This document shows, one piece after another, positions 35,345-47,157 of a DNA stretch of 64,000 bases (positions are counted from its first letter, which is position 1; each line of letters opens with the position of its first letter). A model generated the notes under the pieces. The model was not told the origin of the DNA. It did not search any database and saw only the letters and a program-made list of their open reading frames with translations. The stretch comes from Mytilus trossulus. Taxonomy: Eukaryota. The stretch is from positions 6,138,001-6,202,000 of the forward strand of contig NC_086380.1 in NCBI RefSeq assembly GCF_036588685.1, written 5' to 3'. A program made the position numbers and the translations under genes.

Positions 35345-35900
35345 AATACATAAACTGTTCTACAAGCTTAAAAGAGGGGGGGGGGGGGGGAAATAAAATG
35401 TTTATTTATTCGTTTCACAGCCTTTTTAATTTGTAATTGACAACTTCAAAAGGGAAAAAATGACCATCATACGATAAAAAATAGATAAAAAGGTTCGACA
35501 GAGACTGTTTTACAAACTTAAGCACAGTTAAATTTCAGCTACTCGTTTCACAGTAGCCCTTTCAATTTGTTATTGACAACTTCAAGAGAAGAAATATAAA
35601 TTACATAGCAAACGATACAATATAATAGAAAGAATAGAAAGAGAGTATCCTTGAAACTTAAGCTCATTTAAATTTTCAGCTTTTCATTTCAAAGTAGCCC
35701 TTTTAATTTTTATTGACAAATAATAAGTTACATAGCAAACGATACAGTAGAATAGAAAGAATAGAAAGAGATTGTTCTACAAACTTAAGCTCATTTAAAT
35801 TTCAGATTTTTATTTCACAGCAGCCTTTTTAATTTGTTATTGGCAACTTCAAAAGTGAACAACATTGTAAATCAAATGATAGAAAGGACAGAAATGATAA
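35345..35900. repeat. Degenerate ~130-140-bp tandem repeat, ~4 copies
   Basis: TTTCACAG..GCC.TTT.AATTT...TTGACAAC recurs at ~35412, 35545, 35686 and 35812. Confidence 0.75.
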
Positions 35901-36029
35901 AAATGATTATCGGTAATTCGTATATTTTCCCTTTGATCTTACTGCCTAATATTTTCGAGTATCGACGTACTGGCTGTGTCACTGAAAATATTAAGCAATA
36001 CAGTGTGTGACGTCATAATTATTATAAAC

Positions 36030-36157
36030 AGAATAATAGGTATTTTCGTTTTTGATAGTGACTATATCATGTTGAATATCTTATATCGGCCTAACGGGAT
36101 CGTCTAGATATTCCACATGATATAGTCAGTATCAAAAACGAAACTACCTATTATTCT
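36030..36157. repeat. 128-bp imperfect palindrome/hairpin
   Basis: AGAATAATAGGTA..TTCGTTTTTGATA.TGACTATATCATGT pairs with ACATGATATAGTCA.TATCAAAAACGAA..TACCTATTATTCT. Confidence 0.9.
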
Positions 36158-38684
36158 ATATTTGTGTTCCCTTTCTTGTTACTTCAAGTTAGCAAGAGCA
36201 TCATTGATGTTATCTGCGGCAATATATCAACTCATCATAAATTATTATCATATAATAAGATGAAGTAAACCCAAAGAGTTATTCGTCCTTTCTTGCAATT
36301 AAACAAAAAAATACTGAATTATTTCATGTCACGTGGTAAGGTGTTACCCAATATAATTGGTTGTAGCATCAACTGCTGGGTTCATCGTAGATTGTTCTGC
36401 ATTGTTTATGCGTTCATGTGGTGATAAAGAAATAACAGTTCAGCGGAATACAGTGACTTGATTATTTTGTTTAAGACATTGTTAAAGTTTGTGGTAGTTT
36501 TGTCAGTCATCTTCTCAATTAACAATATAAAGGTTAAAGCTCATTTTTTAATCATAGTGATAAGGAAAAGATCAATGTATAACTTTATAATAATATCCGT
36601 CTTCCAAGGACTCGTTTCGGACTGGGTCGGATTCAGATAGTTATTGTAAATCTCTAGTGATAGGACCCGTTAATGTCTTTTAAACAGCTGTATAAACTAC
36701 TGTAGCAATTATTTAGAGCTGAAAGATCACACACTCAGTCAATTTTAAAATACCAAACATACATCATATGCAATACAATGCAAAATATATATGTGAATGG
36801 GGTTGGGTGGAAATTTTTACTGTTTAGAAATGCAAATAATGAAGGGGTACACCTACTCTTTTGGTGGTTTGGCTATTCATTATACAAGGACCAACCCACC
36901 ATGCTTTCTTAAAATATTCCGTACCAAGTGAGGAAACTGGCAGTTGTTACCAAATACTAGTAGTTAATTATTTTTCCATGTATATTGGCGTTTCTTTTTG
37001 TAAAATGCAGTGGCCCTTCACCTGTTCTTATGTTCTTATGTTTTTCTGTAAAGTAAGTCTGTTCCCCCGGTTTTAGTTTGTAGCCCGGATTTGTTTTCTC
37101 TTAATCGATTTATGACTTTTGAACACCTGTATATCACTGTTGTCTTTTTTTACATAATAAAGTACGATTTAATAGATTTTACAATTTTGAAGATATTACA
37201 GAAAGGCTATATATATGTTCAATGATGTGTTTTTAGTTTCACTCAATAGTTTAGAGCTATTTCATGTATATTGGTGCATAGAGAGCGAAACATTTAAAAC
37301 CGGTATTTTATCTATTCAAGTCGCTATAGGGATGAACATACATGAACTGATTTAAAAAAACAAAAACACATGTTATACAGGCACGTCATCTAGGAATTTG
37401 TTATGAACAGATAATTTCACATTCTACATCTCTGTAGATCGGTTCTCCTTGACGGACAAAGATAATAAAAAAAAAAAGGACAACATAAAATATCTTGAAA
37501 TTTTCCTATCACTGACATGGCAGTTTCGTAAAACGTACGATTGCAAATTCACGAAAGTACAAATTTGGATCAGTAATTTTGTTGTTGTTGAACAGTTTAT
37601 TATTTTGCTATTAAAGATGCCAGCTAAAACTTTATTGTTTTCATTAATTATAATGGTTTACATTTTCGTTTTGGGATATTGGAAACTTGAATGTTTAGTT
37701 TCGTTTTCAGTACATACTAGAGTTGTTTATCTTTGTCTACCAGATGGTTAGATTTGTAAAAGGCATTCAAACCATTTTAATTATTTTGCATTTAAAGTCA
37801 AATGAAACCTCAAATAAAAAAAAAAATGCATCCGTTTTTTATAACTAAATGAATAGTTTTCATTATACAACTTATATACATATACTGTTTTCTGGGGAAA
37901 ATTCTTTAATTTGTCCACATTTAGAAGAAGTTTATTTATTTTTAATTGCTTGCTTCCAGGAAGCAATTCGCCGACATTTTTTCCGTATGCTTAGTGACCT
38001 GAGCGTGACCCTCCCCGTACAAATTCGGTAATTGCAATACGCATGGATCTGTCATTTAAATAAACAATTATCTGATTATACATGTTAGACACGTGCTCAA
38101 TACCCATGCTTTTTGTTATGTGTTTACTATAAGGTGATAATCGGACAACTTCGGCATCAAAACACGGCATTTAATGAGCAGCCATATTTGTTAAATCATA
38201 ACAGACAGAGATATAAAAAATTGACGATTATACGATATATTTGCGTCAAAAATGAAAAAATCCTGCACAGAACAATAAATTTATGATATATACATGCATT
38301 GGTTCAAGAATTGGATAAACATAATTGTTCACCACTCACTCGTTCCTTATGACTTTAACGTTATAATAATGCAGTACACACGAATTTAATAAAGGGTGCC
38401 TAATTTACATGGCCTATAGTAAACATCTTTCTGCAATCTGCTTCCAAATTCCCAGTTAAGTGGTTCTTCTAGGTGAATATATTTGGTGCGTTACCTCCAT
38501 ATTTACATATGTTCATAATTTAAAAATTTGATACGATCTTTGGATTACACATAAAATATGAATGGACCTGTAATTACGAGTTTTGTTCCCTTTATGTAAC
38601 CCCTTCCCATTTTCTAAAACCAGATACAAATATGTCACATATAACTCTGTTTCAACATAATAAGTTTTTTTAAAAGTTCGAATA

Positions 38685-38791
38685 CTAAAAATCGATCGTC
38701 ATTTATACAGATTTAATAAATTTATAATGCAGCTTTGCTAACAACTTTCGCTTTGAGTTTAATTTGAAGTCTGTCAAAAATTATGGTAAGA
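38685..38791 (+). promoter_or_regulatory. cGLR3 upstream module A (ATG 38783-38785)
   Basis: CTAAAAATCGATC at 38685, IRF-E-like ACTTTCGCTTT at 38744, ATG|GTAAGA; in frame with the acceptor at 47158. Confidence 0.45.
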
Positions 38792-39579
38792 ACACAGAAA
38801 ATGTCATTTATCCTTTTATAGCTATATGATTATAGAAAAAGAATGAACATTTTGGAAATGCTTTTTTTTTCTAATATGTATCGACAAAGCAGATCGTATG
38901 CGGACAAATGCTCAAGGAGTAAATTGATTTAACACAGTGATGACGGCTGTAACCATATTTTGACTATTTTACCGATTATGTCTGTTTTTTTTCACGCATC
39001 GTTATAAAAATAACGGATTTGATGCGACTGTTATAAAAGTGGTTTAGCGCTATAAAATCAGGTTCAATCCACCATTTTCTACATTTGAAAATGTCTGTAC
39101 CTAATCAGAAATATGACAGTTGTTATCCATTCGTTTGATGTGTTTTATCCTTTTAATTTGCCATTCGATTAGGGACTATCCGTTTTTCAATTTTCCTCGG
39201 AGTTCAGTTTGTTTTGTGATTTCACTTTTAAATCTATATTTCTAGAGAAAAAAACCTGTCAAGATGGAAAAGTGAAAAAAAAAAAAAAAATAATTAAAGA
39301 TAAGGAGATTGAAATTTAAATTGCAAATGGAAATTTCTGTTTCGTCAATGTAATAAAAACAAAAAAGATATTTGAATAAAAAAAGTAAAATCACAAAAAA
39401 CTGAACCCAAATGAAAATTCAAAAAGTAAATTCCCTAATCAAAAGCTCAAAAACATCAAACGAATGTTTATCAACTGTCGTATTCCTGACTTGGTACAGT
39501 CATTTCCCATGTAGACATTTGTGGATGAAACCTGGTTTTGCACGTGCACAGAAAATTAGGTTTGTTAACTATTAGTTTG

Positions 39580-39775
39580 TCTTCTACCTCAGGCATAGAT
39601 TACCTTAGCTGCATTTGGCAAAACTTTTAGGAATTTTGGTCCTCAATGCTCTACAACTTCGTACATTATTTGGCCTGTTTTTACATTTTTGCGGGATTCG
39701 AGCGTCACTGATGAGTCTTTTGTAGACGAAACGCGCGTCTGGCATATATACTAAATTTAGTCCTGGTATCTATGA
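39580..39775 (-). repeat. Solo copy of the 364-bp satellite monomer family (others at ~2476-2695, 59355-59410, 63055-63140)
   Basis: Reverse complement of ATAGATACCAGGACTAAATTTAGTATA..GCCAGACGCG..TTTCGTCTACAAAAGACTCATCAGTGACGCTCGAATCC. Confidence 0.85.
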
Positions 39776-40542
39776 GGAATTATTTGTTTTGTCTAAACAT
39801 TTTTTTTTCTTCCTGGAAGTCCCCTCACAAATTACGAATTGATAAAATCCACTGTAAGGGTGAACATAGATGACTTTATCTAATACACGTGAGTTAAATC
39901 TTTACACCAGTACGAATTAATCATGTTCATGAAAGACATGTGTTAGTTTTCTTCCAGCGCTAGTATCGACAAAGGCCCATCTTAAACTTGCAATAAGCTG
40001 AAATTTCTGAGTTTTCCGTGTTGAAGATTTTACTGTGACTTATAGATATAAAAACAGTAATAAAATTGCTTTTCCTTTCGTTTTTGATTAGTGCATGTTC
40101 TGTATTATGTCATGGTAAGATAGCTAATGTCCTTTAGTGTAAATATTGTATTACAGACATTATTTTAGATTAAAGACCTTATCATGACAGGTATTAAAAT
40201 AAAGTCAATGTTTACTTTTTTTTGTACAAATACAGTTATCAATACTTTTTACAAATGATAAACCTATCCTGAAGTTTTGAGTATTGCGGAAGTGAGACAC
40301 GTCCTTGTATGTATAAGTTGTGTACAAATAATTAGCATTAACTTACATACTATTTGTCACTTTTACCGAAGATATACTATGAATTGTATAACTTCATATA
40401 GTGATTGTTCATGGTCAGTCTTTGACTGCCAGTCATTGTCACTGGACCTTAATCTCAAATTATCGAGCTCATTTGCCATCAGATACATAAAGGTCACATA
40501 TATCGTTGTTATAACGTATTACATTTTTGAAAATTTTGAATA

Positions 40543-40660
40543 CTAAAAATCTCGATAAAAATAGATCATGATGTAATACGTACATTTGTTTTGCAGCTTT
40601 CAAAATAACTTTCACTTTCCCTTTCAAATCAATACAACGGCTGTCAAAATAATGGTAGGT
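40543..40660 (+). promoter_or_regulatory. cGLR3 upstream module B (ATG 40652-40654)
   Basis: TAAAAATAGATCA at ~40556, ISRE-like ACTTTCACTTTCC at 40608, CTGTCAAAA..ATG|GTAGGT; colinear with 38685-38860. Confidence 0.45.
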
Positions 40661-42035
40661 ACATAGATATTATCACCTTAACTTTAGGACTGTATAACTA
40701 TAGAAAATAGCTGATCATTTTAGACATGAAGCTTTTGTGAAGCCTACGACGTCTGCAGAAAGCTCGAAAAAGGGACAGTGATCCAGCGGCTAGACGTTAG
40801 CTAACTTATTTAAAGCTTTATATTTTAGAAGCTAAACGATCGGGATTCTTTATACTTTATATTATATATAGATGCCTTATCTTACAATGTTTCCGTCTGT
40901 TATATGCCCATGGTCCTATAGCGTATGTTCATGGTTCAGTGACTGCTTGAAAAAAAAAAATTGTAATGTTAGCTTCTGTCTTATTATGAGTAATATCATA
41001 ACTTTATTTAGTATTGCGAACCAGATAGCCGTCATTTGATCTCGACCGTATTTTTTGGATAGGTGAACAAGGTTAAGTTATCGTGGTCAATAAATATAGA
41101 AAGATGTGGTGTGAGTGCCAATGAGACAACTCTCCATCCAAATAACAATTTAAAAATTAAACCATTATAGGTTAAAGTACGGCCTTCAACACGGAGCCTT
41201 GGTCCATATTTTAGATTCTTTAAGCAATAGTACTAATATATTTGATATATTGAGTGATTGTAAGGGGTACATGTTCGACTAGTAGGTACCTTTGACCGTA
41301 ACCTCATTTTCATGGTTCAGTAATCAATCGTAAGCTTTTCAGATTTTTTCTTATACTATATGTAATTAATCAACGATATAAGGTGAATGGGAATATTGTA
41401 TGATGTATTTAACCTTGACCTCATTTTCACGGTTTATTTCTAAGTGTAAAGATTTTCTGATATGGTCTGTTTTCTATAACGATAAGCAATATATCAACTA
41501 TATTTTTCGAATGGACTTTGACCTGATTTTCATGTTTGTTGGGATACTATAAACAATACGTCAACTATATTTACTACATTGGTTGATTGTAAGGTGTACA
41601 TGGCATGGTTCATCTGATCTTCACCTCATTTTCTTGGATCATGTTAAGTTTATGTGTTTGATTTTGAAGTGATACATTTTCCCCAACCATAGTAGCGAAA
41701 TACCAACTGCACCTGCATATGGAATAAACATTTCCTAACTTATTCGTTATGCATTGGCTTGCTGCTGTTATTCAATTTTTGTTCATCGCCATCAGTGTCA
41801 GAGCCAAATAGTCGATGAACCAGGATTATGTCTGACGTGACTCGGTACTTATACATGTTGTCATTATGCTATTGTGCTTTGGTAGATTTTTGTATTCTTG
41901 ACTATTGTGTTTGCTAATGTGCTTTGCCTTTTTTCCTTTCTTTGTTGACATATGTGTTTGTATTTATAGTGATAACCTGCCATGACCAAAGTATACACAG
42001 GCTAATGATCGCTGAATAAGAACTTATCATAACAT

Positions 42036-42926
42036 TCTACCGCCGATGCTCCCTTAATTCTTTATTGGTACCTAAAATTATTCTACAATACAAAAAAAAC
42101 AAAAAACGCGCAACCTTTTTTTGATATCCCGATTATCTTCGTCACTGACACGAGTTTCATGACCATCATACATCTTTTCTTTACCATCATATCAGAATTC
42201 TTCCTAAAGGTTTTTTTGTCAGCCGTCATCAGGTAAAAACGACATATCTAAAAATTCAACTTTATATACAGCTAACAAAGGACAATTGAGTACATTAAAA
42301 ATTACACCACTCCAGACCCTTTTGTTTTCCGCATAATTAATATTGTCAATAAGTAAGTTCCGGGTCGAATCCGATTCCGATACTATGTTATCTGTTAGCT
42401 TATCTGTACGTTCCGCATGTGACTGGAACACCACCAAATGGCGTAATTAAGATTTTGCTATATACACGGGCCACAATCACAGGGTTGACACGACTAAATT
42501 CAATCATTATCAAATTGTTCTCTATTGTAGTATTCAATCAGTAAGACTTTTAAAATAACAATACCAATACTAAAAATCTGGACTTAGAATAAGGCGTTTA
42601 GGTACAGTTTTCAGTTTGGTGGCGGACATGACGTAAAAGAGCGAATAAATGAGTTCAACATTATTTATAGCGAATATAGGACAATGCTGTTGATTAAAAA
42701 AATCTCCATTCCAGAACCTTTTGTTTTACAATAATTCATATTGCCAATAATTGATAAGTTCCCAGTCGACGGGTTTAACCAAAAAGATTATAAAAGCTGA
42801 GAAAACTGGGTATCCTATAATCGGCATGACTTTATAAGATGACAATACCAATACTAAAATAAGACTTACGCATAGTGATATACCCTAATGCGGTCACGGA
42901 CTAGCGATATCACGGGTGTGTTCTAG
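42036..42926 (+). mobile_element. Possible non-autonomous Helitron
   Basis: The 3' end has a GC-rich degenerate hairpin followed by TTCTAG; there is an internal duplicated motif (AATACCAATACTAAAA; ATAAGT..C.GTCGA). The 5' TC boundary is tentative. Confidence 0.35.
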
Positions 42927-43124
42927 ATGATATAGAAAGTGAGAGGTTTAACTAGCTATAAATCCAGAATTAATCAAGGATTATGACCGTTGTTTTTCAT
43001 TCGTTTGAAATCTCTGAGCTTTTGATTTTGCCAATTTTTGTTTTCAGTTTTCCTGTTTTTGTTGTTGTAATTTTTACTAATTTCAAACCGTTGTTTACAC
43101 TTCTTGTTTCTTTTCATACATAAC

Positions 43125-46100
43125 TATAATACAGATAATATCAACCGTAAATAACGGTGAGACGGTTAATATCAACCATAAACAACGATAATACAGTTAA
43201 TATCAACTATAAATAACCTTAATACAGTTAATATCAACCATAAATAACGATAATACAGTTAATATCAATCACCAATAACGATAATACAGTTAATATCAAC
43301 CATAAATAGCGATAATACAGTTAATATCAACCATACATAGCGATCAGACGGTTAATATCAACCATACATAGCGATAACACAGTTAATATCAACCATACAT
43401 AACGATAATATAGTCAATATCAACCATAAATAACGATAATACAGTTAACATCAACCATAAATAACGATAATACAGTTAATATGAACCATAAATAACGATA
43501 ATACAGTTAATATCAACCATCAATAACGACAATACAGTAAATATCAACCATCAATAACGATAATACAGTTAATATCAACCACAAATAACTATAATACAGT
43601 TAATACCAATCATCAATAACGATAATACAGTTAATATCAACCATAAATAACGATAATACAGTTAATATCAACCATACATTACGATAGTACAGTTAATATC
43701 AACCACCAATAACGAGAATACAGTTAATATCAACCATACATTACGATAGTACAGTTAATATCAACCATAAATAACGATAGTACAGTTAATATCAACCATA
43801 TATAACGATAACACAGTTAATTTCAACCATACATAACGATAACACAGTCAATATCAACCATAAATAACGATAATACAGTTAACATCAACCATAAATAACG
43901 ATAATACAGTTAATATGAACCATAAATAACGATAATACAGTTAATATCAACCATACATAACGATAATACAGTCAATATCAACCATAAATAACGATAATAC
44001 AGTTAACATCAACCATAAATAACGATAATACAGTTAATATGAACCGTAAATAACGATAATACAGTTAATATCAACCATACATAACGATAATACAGTTAAC
44101 ATCAACCATAAATAACGATAATACAGTTAATATCAACCATCAATAACGACAATACAGTAAATATCAACCATCAATAACGATAATACAGCTAATATCAACC
44201 ACAAATAACTATAATACAGTTGATACCAATCATCAATAACGATAATACAGTTAATATCAACCATAAATAACGATAATACAGTTAATATCAACCATGAATA
44301 ACGATAATACAGTTAATATCAACCATACATTACGATAGTACAGTTAATATCAACAATACATAACGATAATACGGTTAATATTAACCATACATAACGATAA
44401 TACGGTTAATATCGACCATACATAACGATAAAACAGTTAATACCAACCATACATTACGATAATACAGTTAATATCAACCATACATAACGATAAGATGGTT
44501 AATATCAACCATACATAACGATAAGACGGTTAATATCAACCATACATAACGATAATACAGTTAATATCAACCATACATAACGATAATACAGTTAATATCA
44601 ACAATACATGACGATAAGACGGTTAATATCGACCATACATAACGATAATACGGTTAATATCAACCATAAATAACGATAATACAGTTAATATCAACCATAA
44701 ATAACGATAATACAGTTAATATCAACCATACATAACGATAATACAGTCAATATCAACCATAAATAACGATAATACAGTTAACATCAACCATAAATAACGA
44801 TAATACAGTTAATATGAACCATAAATAACGATAATACAGTTAATATCAACCATACATAACGATAATACAGTTAACATCAACCATAAATAACGATAATACA
44901 GTTAATATCAACCATCAATAACGACAATACAGTAAATATCAACCATCAATAACGATAATACAGCTAATATCAACCACAAATAACTATAATACAGTTAATA
45001 CCAATCATCAATAACGATAATACAGTTAATATCAACCATAAATAACGATAATACAGTTAATATCAACCATGAATAACGATAATACAGTTAATATCAACCA
45101 TACATTACGATAGTACAGTTAATATCAACAATACATAACGATAATACGGTTAATATTAACCATACATAACGATAATACGGTTAATATCGACCATACATAA
45201 CGATAAAACAGTTAATACCAACCATACATTACGATAATACAGCTAATATCAACCATACATAACGATAAGATGGTTAATATCAACCATACATAACGATAAT
45301 ACAGTTAATATCAACCATACATAACGATAATACAGTTAATATCAACAATACATGACGATAAGACGGTTAATATCGACCATACATAACGATAATACGGGTA
45401 ATATCAACAATACATTACGATAATACGGTTAATATCAACAATACATAACGATAAGACGGTTAATATCGACCATACATAACGATAATACAGTTAATACCAA
45501 ACATACATTACGATAATACAGTTAATATCAACCATACAGAACGATAATACAGTTAATATCAACCATACATAACGATAATACAGTTTATATCAACCATACA
45601 TTACGATAATACAGTTAATATCAATCATACATAACGATAAGACGGTTAATATCGACAACACATAACGATAAGATGGTTAATATCAACCATACATAACGAT
45701 AATACAGTTAATATCACCATACATAACGGTAAGACGGTTAATATCAACCATACATAACGATAATACAGTTAATATCAACCATAAATAACGATAATACAGT
45801 TATATCAACTATAAATAACCTTAATACAGTTAATATCAACCATACATAACGATAATACAGTTAATATCACCATACATAACGGTAAGACGGTTAATATCGA
45901 CCATACATAACGATAATACGGTTAATATCAACAATACATTACGATAATACGGTTAATATCAACAATACATAACGATAAGACGGTTAATATCGACCATACA
46001 TAACGATAATACAGTTAATACCAACCATACATTACGATACTACAGTTAATATCGACCATACATAACGATAATACAGTTAATATTAACCATACATAACGAT

Positions 46101-46498
46101 AATACGTTAATACAAACCATACATTACGATAATAAAGTTACAATCAACCATACATAACGATAATACAGTTAATATTAACCATACATAACGATAATACGTT
46201 AATACCAACCATACATTACGATAATACAGTTAATATCAATCATACATAACGATAAGACGGCTAATATCGACAACACATAACGATAAGATGGTTAATATCG
46301 ACCATACATAACTATAATACAGTTTATATCAACCATACATAACGATAAGACGGTTAATATCAACCATACATAATGATAATACAGTTAGCATCAACCATAC
46401 ATAATGATAAGACGGTTAATATCAACCATACATAACGATAAGACGGTTAATATCAACCATACATAACGATAAGACGGTTAATATCGACCATACATAAC
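43125..46498. repeat. 31-bp minisatellite (AATATCAACCATAMATAACGATAATACAGTT)n, ~109 copies
   Basis: Direct reading of the sequence; period 31 (e.g. 43261 to 43292). Confidence 0.98.
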
Positions 46499-47157
46499 AA
46501 AAACATATACAAAAAGGCAACAGTTGTTTTTATGTCATTTTGTGCTTCTTTGTTCAATATTTGTTTGTTTTTATAATGATTAAATTTTTTTTAACATATT
46601 TACCCATAATGTGTGCTTGTTTAGTTCACATATTATTGTCAAAACAATAGTATTTTATGCGACTGTCATACAAGTGAGAGTTTTTACAACCAGGTTTTAT
46701 CCACCATTTTTTATATAAGAAAATGCCTGTACCGTGAAAGGAATATGAAAGTTGATATTCATTCGTTTGATGTCTTTGAGCTTTTGATTTTGCCATTTGA
46801 TTAGGGACTTGTCTTTTTGATTTTTCCGCAGTATTTTTGTGATTTGACTTTTTACTGGTGCTAAAAAGCCATAAACCGATTGAGAATAAAAAAAAACTGA
46901 TTACAAAGTAAAACCGAGGAGAACACATCAATTCTCAGAAGAAAACACATTTTCCACAATACTCCTCCAAACAATTTTCATGACAAAGGTGGTATCGAAA
47001 GGCATTTTTATGGAATATAACCGATAGGAAAAAAAATGAAAATGAAAATAACGAAGAAAATTGATGTTGTGTCACATATGAAAAGGAGAAGATCGTCAAT
47101 CCTGATTATTTCAAATTTATTTTTCTATCCATTAGATATCTTAATTGTATTTTTTAG

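Noticed and set aside
43125-46498. 31-bp array resembling a CRISPR array in unit size
   Set aside because: Units are head-to-tail with no unique spacers, there are no cas genes, and the context is eukaryotic.
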